Part shown: positions 1 through 9,190 of the stretch, one piece after another
Numbering within the stretch: the stretch's first letter is position 1
Layout: each line of letters opens with the position of its first letter
Assembly: GCA_046757025.1 (NCBI GenBank)
Contig: JBHHXN010000045.1
Span: forward strand, 1-34,197
Direction of reading: 5' to 3'
From: a bacterium
GTDB taxonomy: Bacteria; Zhuqueibacterota; Zhuqueibacteria; Oceanimicrobiales; Oceanimicrobiaceae
Length of the DNA stretch: 34,197 bases
Program-made: the position numbers and the translations under genes
Notes under the pieces: model-generated
The model's input: only the letters and a program-made list of their open reading frames with translations
Told to the model about the DNA's origin: nothing
The model's database searches: none

Positions 1-1048
1 CTTCCACGCTGCGGCACATGGGCCCGATCTTGTCCATGCTCCAGCTCAGGGCCATAGCGCCAAATCGGCTCACGCGGCCATAAGTCGGTCGCAGGCCCGT
101 AACGCCGCAGCGCGTGGACGGCGACACGATAGAGCCCCAGGTTTCGGTGCCGATGGCAAATCCCACCAACCCGGCCGCGGTGGCCGAGCCCGGCCCCGCA
201 GACGAACCGCTGGAACCCTGTTCCAGATTCCAGGGATTTTTGGTTTTGCCACCGAACCAGACATCGCCCCAGGCCAGAGCGCCCAGGGTTAATTTGGCCA
301 CCAGCACCGCGCCCGCCTCTTCCAACCTTTTCACTACAGTGGCATTGAGGTCGATGGTCTGATCCTTGTAAGGCATGGCGCCCCAGGTGGTTTTGTAGCC
401 TTTAACCGCTAACAAATCTTTGGCGCCCCAGGGAATGCCGTGCAGGGGACCGCGGTATTTGCCCGCGGCGATTTCTTTATCCGCCTGCTCAGCCTGTTTC
501 AGGGCCAGCTCCTCGGTCAACGTCACCACGCACAGCAGCTGGGGATCGTACTTTTTCAACCGCTGCAAATACATTTTGGTTAATTCGGTAGAAGTAACCT
601 GCCTAGATTTGATGAGCTGCGATAGCTGCGTCACCGGCCAGAAAGCCGCTTCTTCCAGGTTCTGCGGCCTTTTTACCGATTTAGGCTGGCTCATTTTAAG
701 GGGCTGCTTTGTTTTTTGAAACGACATGCCCGGTAAAATGGGATTGAATTGCAGCGCCGGGGCAACGCTGTTATCCAAAGTAATTGTGCGTAAATCCTCG
801 TATTTTTCCAGATACTCATTTAAGCCGTCTAACATGAGGTCGCGTTCAGTATCCGTAAACTCCAACCCCGCTAATTTCTCGGCCTCATCTAACAAATCTT
901 TGGTGATCTTTTTAGGCTTCTCCTCCTGTATTTTCGACCAGATAATTCCAGGCAAAAGAGTCGAAGATAAGCCGAGGCTGGAAAAGCAGGCTAAAAACCG
1001 CCGGCGGTTCATTTGGGATCTATCGAAATTGTTGTTTCTATCTGACAT
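1..1048 (-). CDS. Amidase-signature family amidase with Tat signal peptide (3' end truncated by the window edge)
   Basis: Absent from the ORF track because there is no stop in the window; translated by hand from ATG 1048: MSDRNNNFDRSQMNRRRFLACFSSLG... (twin-arginine motif), then GPLHGIPWGAKD, GSSGSSAGPGSA and GTETWGSIVSPS, the Lys-cisSer-Ser amidase signature. Confidence 0.92.
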   Translation of the reverse strand, partial: MSDRNNNFDRSQMNRRRFLACFSSLGLSSTLLPGIIWSKIQEEKPKKITKDLLDEAEKLAGLEFTDTERDLMLDGLNEYLEKYEDLRTITLDNSVAPALQFNPILPGMSFQKTKQPLKMSQPKSVKRPQNLEEAAFWPVTQLSQLIKSRQVTSTELTKMYLQRLKKYDPQLLCVVTLTEELALKQAEQADKEIAAGKYRGPLHGIPWGAKDLLAVKGYKTTWGAMPYKDQTIDLNATVVKRLEEAGAVLVAKLTLGALAWGDVWFGGKTKNPWNLEQGSSGSSAGPGSATAAGLVGFAIGTETWGSIVSPSTRCGVTGLRPTYGRVSRFGAMALSWSMDKIGPMCRSVE

Positions 1049-1116
1049 ACCAAATTCCTTTCAAATTTAATCAACATGTAAATTTTAAAAATTAATATAT
1101 TCGTTATTTATCATTC

Positions 1117-1155
1117 GTAATTCTTAATTTGTAATTCTTAATTTGTAATTCTTAA
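1117..1155. repeat. 14-bp tandem repeat (GTAATTCTTAATTT, about 2.8 copies) overlapping the M20 gene stop codon
   Basis: gtaattcttaattt-gtaattcttaattt-gtaattcttaa read directly from the sequence. Confidence 0.75.
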
Positions 1156-2486
1156 TCCAGTTCCGCCTGATCAATTTTAAGAATTGTCTGCAACAGCACG
1201 TTGGCTCCATTGGCCATATCCTCTGGTCGTGTGTATTCTTTAGGCGAATGACTGACGCCGCCCACGCTGGGCACGAAAATCATGCCGGTTGGCGCTATGC
1301 GAGCCATATCCTGAGCGTCGTGACCGGCGCCGCTGGGCATGAATTGATAGCGCAGCCCCAGCTCTTTTGCGGACTCAGCAATGAAATTACGAATGCGCAC
1401 ATCTGTGGGAGCGGGAACCGCCGTGACATCGATAGCTGAAAAGGTGATTTTTGTTTTGAATTGTTCTTCGATTTTCTTTGCTTCTTCTTGAATCTTCTGG
1501 AATAGAGTCTGTATTTTTTTTGCCGACAAATCGCGCAGCTCCAGACTCATCACCACTTTACCGGGGATGACGTTGGGCGCGCCGGGTTCGGCGTTTATCC
1601 GACCCACCGTGCCGACCTGCCGTCCGGGTTCGCCGGTGACGATTTTATTCACTGCGATGATCAGGTTGGCCGCCGTCAGCAGCGCATCGTGACGTTGGTG
1701 CATGGGCGTGGTGCCCGCGTGATTGGCGAAACCCTCGATGGTCACATTCCACCAGTTGATGCCGACAATGCCTTCTACCACGCCGATGTCTAAACTTTCC
1801 GACTCCAGAATACTTCCCTGTTCAATATGCAGCTCGAGAAAAGCCGCAAAGTCGCCTTTTGTACGCCGCGCCGATTTAAGCTCATCCGGATCGCCGCCGA
1901 GGGCTCGGATACCCTCGCGAATGGTCTTGCCGCTGTGGCTTACTACCTCCAGGGCTTCTTCGGAAAGTTCGCCGATCATGGCGCGGCTGCCCACCAAACC
2001 GCCCTCTTCGTCGGTAAAAACCACCACCTCTAATGGGTGCTGTGTGACAACTTCGTTTTCGTGCAGCACCTGCACACACTCGATGGCGGCCATCACGCCG
2101 AGGTCGCCGTCGTAATTTCCACCCTCTGGCACCGAGTCGATGTGGGAGCCGAAAAGAATGGGCGGCAACCTGGAGTTCTTCCCCTCTCGCCGGCCGATGA
2201 TGTTGCCGGCCGCATCGATGCGAACCGACAATCCCGCCTGCTTCAAGAGAGAAATAACATACTCACGGCCCGCGATGTCCGCTTCACTGAACGCCACCCG
2301 GCTCACGCCTCCCTGGGGATTGCGACCGAACTCAGACAGTTTCAAAATGCGCTGTTCCAGGCGCCGCATGTCCACGCTCAATTTTCTTGAATCACTTCTT
2401 TCCTCTGCTTGAAAACCGTGAGCGTTGGCGTCCGGGTAGAATAATAAAAATGAGAAAATGCCTAACAACAAACTGGAACAAATCAT
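1152..2486 (-). CDS. Zn-dependent M20 amidohydrolase (allantoate amidohydrolase / N-carbamoyl-L-amino acid hydrolase family) with probable signal peptide
   Basis: Motifs GSHIDSVPEGGNYDG, DEEG, ELHIEQG, NHAGTTPM, SGAGHDAQ, GVSHSPKE; hydrophobic N-terminus ending in ANA. Confidence 0.93.
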   Translation of the reverse strand: MICSSLLLGIFSFLLFYPDANAHGFQAEERSDSRKLSVDMRRLEQRILKLSEFGRNPQGGVSRVAFSEADIAGREYVISLLKQAGLSVRIDAAGNIIGRREGKNSRLPPILFGSHIDSVPEGGNYDGDLGVMAAIECVQVLHENEVVTQHPLEVVVFTDEEGGLVGSRAMIGELSEEALEVVSHSGKTIREGIRALGGDPDELKSARRTKGDFAAFLELHIEQGSILESESLDIGVVEGIVGINWWNVTIEGFANHAGTTPMHQRHDALLTAANLIIAVNKIVTGEPGRQVGTVGRINAEPGAPNVIPGKVVMSLELRDLSAKKIQTLFQKIQEEAKKIEEQFKTKITFSAIDVTAVPAPTDVRIRNFIAESAKELGLRYQFMPSGAGHDAQDMARIAPTGMIFVPSVGGVSHSPKEYTRPEDMANGANVLLQTILKIDQAELD

Positions 2487-2583
2487 CGTTTCAGCTCCTC
2501 TAAATGATTTTGCATACCGTGATCATAAAAAGTAATTGGGCCCGAATGAAAACGACCCTATTGTATTAAACCCGACAAGTCAA

Positions 2584-2633
2584 GAATCTTTAAGCCGCTA
2601 TTTTTGCTGGATTCCTGCTTTCGCAGGAATAAC
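2584..2633. repeat. Truncated REP-like element (right-hand hairpin of the element at 4915-5035)
   Basis: ctggattcctgctttcgcaggaat at 2607-2630 is identical to 4984-5007; the preceding ~23 nt are also similar (gaatctttaagccgctatttttg vs gaatctataagctactgttttta). Confidence 0.8.
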
Positions 2634-2671
2634 ACTAATTGATTTTTAAGACAGACCTTAATTAATTACCT

Positions 2672-3655
2672 CTATTCATGCCCGGCTACCGGACGCGGAT
2701 GGTATGGTTCTTCCAGAAAGCGGCACTCTTCCGCGGTCAGTGCGATGTCCAACGCCGCCACCATTTGTTCTAAATGCACGATTTTGTGCGTGCCCACAAT
2801 GGGCGCGCTGACGCCTTGCTGGTGCAAAAGCCAGGCTAGCGACACCTGGGCAGGATACATTTGTTTTCGGCGGGCCAATTCCACCACGCGCTCGGCAATG
2901 GTAAAATCCTGATCATCGTAGTGGTAAATTTTCTTTGAATACGTGTCCGATTGCGACCGCGCAGTTTCTTCGCCGCCCGAGCGCAGCCGCTTGCAGGACA
3001 GGAAACCGCGTGCCAGTGGACTCCATGGAATTACGCCGACGCCCTGATCCCGGCACAAGGGCAGCATTTCGCGCTCCTCCTCGCGGTAGATGAGATTGTA
3101 ATGATTCTGCATGCTGATGAATCGCGTCCACCCGTTCAAGTCGGCAGTAAACAGCATTTTGGCAAACTGCCAGGCAAACATACTGGAAGCGCCGAGGTAG
3201 CGTACCTTGCCGGCTTGCACCAAATCGTGCAGCGCCTCCAGAGTCTCCTCGATAGGGGTAGCGTAATCGAAGCGGTGAATCTGGTAGAGGTCGATGTGAT
3301 CCGTGCGCAATCTTTTCAGGGAAGCGTCACATTCAGCCAGCAGGTGCTTGCGCGACAGCCCACCCTGGTTGGGTTGGTCGTTCATGGGAAAATACACTTT
3401 TGTGGCCAGCACCACTTCATCGCGCTTAGCGAAATCTTTCAACGCCCGCCCGACAATTTCTTCGCTCACTCCCAGCGAATACATGTTTGCGGTATCGAAA
3501 AAGTTGATGCCCAAATCTAGGGCTTTTTGAATGATGGGACGCGCGTCTTTTTCTTCGACTACCCACGGCCGCCATTTTTGGGAGCCGAAAGTCATGCAGC
3601 CCAGACCTAAGCGCGACACCTGCAAACCCGTGCTACCTAAATTTACGTATTGCAT
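2672..3655 (-). CDS. Aldo/keto reductase (YajO-like)
   Basis: LGLGCMTFG, GINFFDTANMYS, ATKV, DHIDLYQIHRFD, GKVRYLGAS, QNHYNL, WSPLARG. Confidence 0.96.
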   Translation of the reverse strand: MQYVNLGSTGLQVSRLGLGCMTFGSQKWRPWVVEEKDARPIIQKALDLGINFFDTANMYSLGVSEEIVGRALKDFAKRDEVVLATKVYFPMNDQPNQGGLSRKHLLAECDASLKRLRTDHIDLYQIHRFDYATPIEETLEALHDLVQAGKVRYLGASSMFAWQFAKMLFTADLNGWTRFISMQNHYNLIYREEEREMLPLCRDQGVGVIPWSPLARGFLSCKRLRSGGEETARSQSDTYSKKIYHYDDQDFTIAERVVELARRKQMYPAQVSLAWLLHQQGVSAPIVGTHKIVHLEQMVAALDIALTAEECRFLEEPYHPRPVAGHE

Positions 3656-3686
3656 GCACCTTTCCTTTTTATATAAAATTCCCCAT

Positions 3687-4199
3687 CTAAACCTCTAAAA
3701 GCGTATTGATTTTTCTTAGAGCCTTGCGGCCATTGAGCGGAATCGCAAAACTGCGCCACACTTCCTGGCCGTGCTGATCAAAAAGGACATACGCTGAATT
3801 CAATGGGATGTGGTATTTTTCCATCACCTCTTTGGCGGCAGGTGTGGCGATATCCAACCGCAAAAAGTTCACCCGCACGCCAACTTTTCTCCGAACCCAT
3901 TTCACGATGGGATTGCTCTCAATGCAGCCCACTCAGTAATTGGAATAGATATTTAAAAACGTCGGGCGGCCGTTGCCAACCGCTTTAAACACCGCTTCCG
4001 CATTCTGAATTTCAGACGCCCCCGGTCGCAGGTGGAACCAGATGAGCACCAGACCGCCAGCAGCGGCCAGCACCATCAGCAAATGAAGATGACTGTAATT
4101 TTTAATGAGAAGGAAATATCCTGATACGACCACGATCAAAACCGAGGTGAGTGGATAAGAAATTTTTCGAATGGATTTGTAAATATCAAGAACTGACAA
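3687..4199 (-). CDS. Membrane-anchored thioredoxin-fold protein, predicted selenoprotein (UxxC; UGA at 3933-3935), 170 aa
   Basis: ORFs 3933-4199 and 3687-3932 abut in the same frame, separated only by TGA. Read-through gives PTFLNIYSNY-U-VGC-IESNPIV, the thioredoxin CxxC position after a beta strand, followed by FLRLDI and YVLFDQHGQEVWR. Two N-terminal hydrophobic segments; TTG start with GGAGG 9 nt upstream. Confidence 0.82.
3894..3914 (-). promoter_or_regulatory. Candidate bacterial SECIS hairpin for the thioredoxin-like gene
   Basis: mRNA AAUCCCAU-CGUGAA-AUGGGUU (5 bp plus 2 bp around a one-base bulge); the loop starts 27 nt after the UGA and has G at its second position. Confidence 0.45.
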
Positions 4200-4253
4200 A
4201 TTTTCATCCCTCCGTCGTGAAGAATGTTTATCAAATTTTTGAAAGTTAAATTT

Positions 4254-4871
4254 TCAAAATACCGTGACATCGCCGATCATTTGCGATATCGAAATGTACA
4301 ATTTATTGCTTGCGGATTCGTAGCCGGGCGACTGATAGTTGCGGTTCACAAACACGCCATCGCTTTTGTTGTCCAGCAGTTTCAGATCACCGATAACCAC
4401 ATGGGCGCGGATGGCATATTCGACATTTTTCGGCAGCGCCACATCGATATCCCCGATCACACCGTTGATGGTGAGCACTGTCTCGCCGGATTGAATTCCG
4501 ATTTCAGTGAGATCCAGACGGGTGTCGCCAATGACAGTGGAGATGCTGCCGCCGGCAAAGTCTTCCGCAGTGATTTTCGTTTTGAAATCGCCAATTACTT
4601 TTTGCGACCGAACTTTTTGGGATGCGTCGCCCATGTCCAGCGTATTCCCAAAATTGTCGTGTAAATCGCCATGGCGCTCCCGTTTTAGAATCAGTCGCAA
4701 CCCGACAATGATCAAGATCACGGGCCAGAATCGACTGGCCACCTCGCCAAAATCAAGATACTCCAATTGGTCCAGCAAAAACAGCAAGCCTAGAAGTATC
4801 AATATACTTCCTGTAAATAAACCAGATGAATCAAATCGTCTCATTGCATTTTCACTCAAGTTAATCCACAT
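4254..4871 (-). CDS. LiaF-like cell-envelope stress membrane protein (N-terminal TM segments plus DUF2154-type beta-repeat domain); start may be ATG 4844
   Basis: GSILILLGLLFLL...FWPVILIIVGL, then repeated VIGD motifs (VIGDFK, VIGDTRLDLT, VIGDIDVALP, VIGDLKL, MIGDVTV). Confidence 0.85.
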   Translation of the reverse strand: MWINLSENAMRRFDSSGLFTGSILILLGLLFLLDQLEYLDFGEVASRFWPVILIIVGLRLILKRERHGDLHDNFGNTLDMGDASQKVRSQKVIGDFKTKITAEDFAGGSISTVIGDTRLDLTEIGIQSGETVLTINGVIGDIDVALPKNVEYAIRAHVVIGDLKLLDNKSDGVFVNRNYQSPGYESASNKLYISISQMIGDVTVF

Positions 4872-4914
4872 TGTGATTACCGATCAGGTGGCGGCAACCC
4901 ACGCGTATTAATTT

Positions 4915-5035
4915 GTGTCTGACCGAAAACTACCCATTTGTGTCATTCCCGAGAAATCGGGAATCTATAAGCTACTGTTTTTACTGGATTCCTGCTTTCG
5001 CAGGAATGACATTCTTTAACTTTTCGTTCAGGCAC
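4915..5035. mobile_element. MITE-like element with 15-bp terminal inverted repeats enclosing two REP-type hairpins
   Basis: Left end gtgtctgaccgaaaa (4915-4929) and right end ttttcgttcaggcac (5021-5035) are inverted at 13/15. Inside: gtcattcccgagaaatcgggaatc and gattcctgctttcgcaggaatgac. Confidence 0.72.
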
Positions 5036-5071
5036 TAATTACCAGGTAATTCCGCCCAAAGCCCGGAGGGA

Positions 5072-6805
5072 TTACCATCGTTTTTTCTTTTGTTTAAAAA
5101 AGTCTTCGATTTCATCCAGAGTCATGGCGTTGAGGATATCGCTTTTTCCCAACCAGCCTTTGCGGGCGATGCCCACGCCGTAGTTTACTTCCGACAGTCC
5201 TTCCACACTGTGCGAGTCGGGATTGATGCTGATGAGTACGCCCTTCTCTTTTGCCAGCCGGCAGTAGCGCCAGTCGATATCAAACCGATGCGGGCTGGCG
5301 TTCAATTCGATCACGACATCATGTTCCGCCGCCGCATCGATTATGGCGGGCATATCCAAAGGGTAGCCTTCCCGGCCTAACAATAACCGTCCAGTAGGAT
5401 GGCCAAGAATGGTCACGAACGGATTTTGCAGCGCTTTTAAAACCCGCGCTGTGGCCTCCTCCTGCGACATGGTCAATTTGCTGTGAATGGACGCCACCAC
5501 AAAATCAAAGCCAGCCAGAATTTCATCGGGATAGTCTAAACTGCCGTCGATCAAAATATCGCATTCGGTGCCTTTGAATATTTTAAAGCCCGAGAGCTTT
5601 TCATTCAGCTCATCCACCACCGCCTGCTGCTCACGTACCCGCTCCGGAGTCAAACCGCGCGCATAAAACACCGACTGGCTGTGATCACAGAGTCCGAAAT
5701 ATTGATAGCCCAGATCCCGCGTGGCCAGTGCCATCTCTTCGATGGTGTTGGCGCCGTCGCTGAAATTGGAATGACAGTGCAGGATACCCTGGATATTTTT
5801 TGGCTTCACCAGATCCGGAATTTGATCAGCGGCTGCGGCTTCGATTTCGCCGGTGTCTTCCCGCAGCTCCGGTGGCACATAAGCCAGTCCCAACGCTGCG
5901 AAAATGTCCGCTTCGTTCTTGCACGGAATGAGCTCATTTTCATTTTTGAACAGACCGTGCTCGCTCACTTTCATCCCCCGTTTTTTAGCCAAACTGCGCA
6001 TGGCGGTGTTGTGCTCGGCCGAGCCGGTGAAATGATGCAGGATGTACGGAAATTTATTGTCCGGCATCAGGCGCAGATCCGCGTTGATGCCGCTGCTTAA
6101 CACCACGCTGGATTTGGTGGTACCCTGGCCGGTGACCGCCTCCACCTGCGGCAGCGAACAGAAAAAAGCCATCATTTCGTCGTGGTCTGCTTCATCGGCG
6201 CTGGCCACGATATCGATATCTTTGACGGTTTCTTTTTTTCGGCGTAAGCTGCCGGCTAACTCAGCGCGCCTTACTTTGGGGTGATTCGCCACCGCTTCGA
6301 ATAACGGCCGGGCTGCTGCCTCGGCGTGGTGGAAAAGATGACGATCCTTGTACTTTTTGATAAACTCAATTCCCTGCAGAATCTTCTCCTGACTCTTCAC
6401 GCCAAATCCTTCCAAATCCACCAGACGATTTTCTTTGCAGGCGTATTCCAGCTCAGAAACGCTGGCGATGCCCAGTTCGTCGTACACTTTTTTTATCTTT
6501 TTGGGCCCAAAGCCCGGAATGGCGGTCATCTCCAGCAATCCCGCCGGCATGGACGATCGCAGCTTCTCGTAGTATTCTAATTTTCCTGTGGTTACCAGTT
6601 CGGTGAGCTTGTCCGCCAGGGCCGAACCGATGCCTTTGACGTTGCGGATTTCTCCCGATGCCACCAATTCCTCAACGCTCTGATTTAGCCCCAAAAGCGT
6701 GCGTGCGGCATTGACATAAGCCCGGCTCTTAAAGGGATTTTCGCCTTTTATTTCTAACAAAACACCGATCTCCTCTAAAATTTTGGCGATGTCTTTTTTA
6801 TTCAT
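5072..6805 (-). CDS. polX: DNA polymerase X with C-terminal PHP domain
   Basis: GENPFKSRAY, helix-hairpin-helix motifs (VKGIG, IPGFGPKK), AGSLRRKKETVKDIDIV, ADLRL, HFTGSAEHN; PHP motifs HCHSNFSDG, DHS, HPTGRLL, NPDSH. Confidence 0.97.
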   Translation of the reverse strand: MNKKDIAKILEEIGVLLEIKGENPFKSRAYVNAARTLLGLNQSVEELVASGEIRNVKGIGSALADKLTELVTTGKLEYYEKLRSSMPAGLLEMTAIPGFGPKKIKKVYDELGIASVSELEYACKENRLVDLEGFGVKSQEKILQGIEFIKKYKDRHLFHHAEAAARPLFEAVANHPKVRRAELAGSLRRKKETVKDIDIVASADEADHDEMMAFFCSLPQVEAVTGQGTTKSSVVLSSGINADLRLMPDNKFPYILHHFTGSAEHNTAMRSLAKKRGMKVSEHGLFKNENELIPCKNEADIFAALGLAYVPPELREDTGEIEAAAADQIPDLVKPKNIQGILHCHSNFSDGANTIEEMALATRDLGYQYFGLCDHSQSVFYARGLTPERVREQQAVVDELNEKLSGFKIFKGTECDILIDGSLDYPDEILAGFDFVVASIHSKLTMSQEEATARVLKALQNPFVTILGHPTGRLLLGREGYPLDMPAIIDAAAEHDVVIELNASPHRFDIDWRYCRLAKEKGVLISINPDSHSVEGLSEVNYGVGIARKGWLGKSDILNAMTLDEIEDFFKQKKKRW

Positions 6806-6879
6806 GCAGAGATTTCCAAATCGTTACAAACGGCGCAACAAAAAATAAGTTAAATTTAGTGGCAGGTTGTCTCGCTAAA

Positions 6880-6908
6880 ATAATAATTATCCGTAAACAC
6901 AATTGCAA
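6880..6908 (-). promoter_or_regulatory. Putative sigma70-type promoter for polX
   Basis: Minus strand TTGCAA-N17-TATTAT, about 75 nt upstream of the ATG. Confidence 0.45.
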
Positions 6909-7147
6909 GTGAAAAGATTTCAATTCAATATTTGCGGCCGCCATTTATTTTGGCCATGGGCAAAGCAAAATTCAGGACTGCGATTGCCCGGATTGCACCA
7001 TTTTAACAGTCTCCAGGAACCAATTAATGGTCTGAATTTTCTTATTGTAAAAAGCGGGTGAGTTTTTTGAGGGGCTGGACGAGCAAGTAATTCTAAATGA
7101 TTCCTGGATTGTTGATCTTGAAAATAGGAAGGCAAACATTCAAGCTC

Positions 7148-7177
7148 TCCCGCCTTGTGCGTCGGGAAGAGGCGGGA
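7148..7177. terminator. GC-rich hairpin downstream of the carbonic-anhydrase-like gene (possible terminator)
   Basis: tcccgcct / aggcggga 8-bp stem with a 14-nt loop; no strong U tract. Confidence 0.3.
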
Positions 7178-7203
7178 AAGATCAGGAGCGCGGCAACGCT
7201 TTT

Positions 7204-7599
7204 TTAGCCGCCTGACTTATCTTCTTCCATAACTTCATGGACTTGCCAATTTTTATCAACCCACAATCCAATTATTTCTATATTTTCATACTCTTGACGA
7301 AGTAACTGTATGGCCTTTTGTATCTGCATAAATTGATCGCCTGGTGGCGCAGGATTTTTGGCGCAACCGTGATGGCCAGCAATAGCAATTCCGACGGAAT
7401 TATGGTTTTCAATGGAATTTTTCAGCTTTTCAAAAATCGACTGAATTAAAACGTTATTTTTCTGATGTGATAAAATCAAATTTGGCCCAGCTTCAGTAAT
7501 GGAATCTACAAATTCAACATTGAATCGTTTTAGCAAATATCTGATTACAGGTAATTGAACTCGTCCATCCATACAATTGATAACTGTACAGAATCGCAC
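7204..7599 (-). CDS. Putative beta-class-like carbonic anhydrase (probable GTG start at 7599; ORF track extends to 7689)
   Basis: CTVINCMDGRVQ ... DSITEAGP ... GHHGC: Cys-x-Asp-x-Arg plus His-x-x-Cys zinc-ligand pattern. Confidence 0.8.
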   Translation of the reverse strand: MRFCTVINCMDGRVQLPVIRYLLKRFNVEFVDSITEAGPNLILSHQKNNVLIQSIFEKLKNSIENHNSVGIAIAGHHGCAKNPAPPGDQFMQIQKAIQLLRQEYENIEIIGLWVDKNWQVHEVMEEDKSGG

Positions 7600-7663
7600 A
7601 CCGTTTTCTTTTGGTGATTGTCCAAAATTTTTACTTTCAAATTGTGAGTAAGCATTGTCGAAG

Positions 7664-9106
7664 TTAACCAAGATAAAGGGTTCCGTCAAACTTCAAATTC
7701 GGATCGATCTTCGACAGGAATTCCGCTTCATCCAGCGCAAAAAGCGGGCTGATTTCGATGTCGCCAACGACGTTGTTTTGCGCATCTCTCGGCACCGTGA
7801 GTCCAGCTATCTCCAGCCAGCCGCCAAACACGTTGATTTGATCACGGCGGGCGGTGGCCGGTGAATCGATGCCGCGGGCATTTTTCACCGGACTGAACTC
7901 AAACTCCCTCGGTACTTCTAAAATTGCGGTTTTCTCTGCATATTGCAGGGCATCGAACACAAAGGTTTCAAATTTGTAGCCGTTGGGTTCTTCAGGAATG
8001 ACCCGGACACCGTGCTCATTCAGATAGGCAATTTTCTTGTGGGCAACGTGCCAGGGCAGTTTTAAGCCGCCGCGATTCAAATTTTCCACAAACGCCACGT
8101 CAAAAACATGAATCGCCAGATTGCCGGCCCGGAATTTCAAGCTGCCGTCGGCGTTGCGAGCGGCGCTATCCTCTTCGGAAAGGTCGCTGTACTCGATCAC
8201 GCCCAGTTTGCCGTTTATTTTGCCCAGCACGCCCATTTTTTCTTCGGGCTCGCGTTTGCTGACGATTTTAGTGGACATCTGCGCTTGCGTGTGTAAATGC
8301 AGCCCCAGAAAGTACGGATCGCAGATGTTGACCAGCACATTGTCCACCTGGAAATAGAAAATCAGATCGATTCCGCGCCGGCGCATATCGGCCAGGGCGC
8401 CGCTTTTAAACAAAGCCGAGAGCGAACCGCCGTGTCCGTTGGGATTGGTAAAAATGCGGTCTTTTTCTTCCAGAAACAGCTTGCCCTCAGGACTCAGCGC
8501 CGGTATCATTTCCTGGCGGAAGAATTGCACATCCTCAGCTTGCAAGCCAAAATATGCGTGCACCTCAAAAGCCTGTGTGGTTTGTTCATGGTTGGTTTCG
8601 CTGGTCATGATGTACCAAGGAATGACCACTCCGTAGCGTTGAGACAGCGCCAGAATTTTCTCCGCGTAAAGTTGAAAAAGCGTTTTGTGTTTGATGGGTG
8701 AAAAAGGAAACAAACCTTTTGGACCGTCAAATCCCAGCCGGCTGCCCTGTCCGCCGGCCACCAGAAACGCTGCCACGCGTCCCGATTTCAAAGCCCGCTC
8801 CCCCAACTCCCGAAAATGTTGAAATTGCTCCAGCTCCTCCGGAGTTTCGGGAATCGGTGTAAATTCCGCCGGTTCCAGTTTTCCTTGAACGATATTTCCC
8901 TGCGCATTCTGAATAAAATGTTCATTCAAAGTTTGCAGCAATTGAAAATCGATTTTTGCGATTTGCGCAAGCAGTTGCTGCCGGGAGTCGTCTGACAATT
9001 GCGGCCAAAAGTGCAAAACGTGTTCCTGGCCGGCATCCATCACCCGCTGGATGATCTTTTGTTGTTCGGGATTGTTCACGGAAATCATTTTTTCATGCAG
9101 GCTCAC
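7664..9106 (-). CDS. UDPGP-family nucleotidyltransferase (UDP-N-acetylglucosamine pyrophosphorylase, eukaryote-type UAP1-like)
   Basis: LVAGGQGSRLGFDGPKG, PWYIMTS, PNGHGG, QVDN, VIEYSDL, YKFETFVFD, EFSPVKNA. Confidence 0.93.
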   Translation of the reverse strand: MSLHEKMISVNNPEQQKIIQRVMDAGQEHVLHFWPQLSDDSRQQLLAQIAKIDFQLLQTLNEHFIQNAQGNIVQGKLEPAEFTPIPETPEELEQFQHFRELGERALKSGRVAAFLVAGGQGSRLGFDGPKGLFPFSPIKHKTLFQLYAEKILALSQRYGVVIPWYIMTSETNHEQTTQAFEVHAYFGLQAEDVQFFRQEMIPALSPEGKLFLEEKDRIFTNPNGHGGSLSALFKSGALADMRRRGIDLIFYFQVDNVLVNICDPYFLGLHLHTQAQMSTKIVSKREPEEKMGVLGKINGKLGVIEYSDLSEEDSAARNADGSLKFRAGNLAIHVFDVAFVENLNRGGLKLPWHVAHKKIAYLNEHGVRVIPEEPNGYKFETFVFDALQYAEKTAILEVPREFEFSPVKNARGIDSPATARRDQINVFGGWLEIAGLTVPRDAQNNVVGDIEISPLFALDEAEFLSKIDPNLKFDGTLYLG

Positions 9107-9190
9107 GTTGTCAAAGTGGATTCTTGGAATTTAGCCCAAATTGAAACAAATAACTCTGGGCCTGAAAACGGATTCAGAGCGTCGGGCTGA

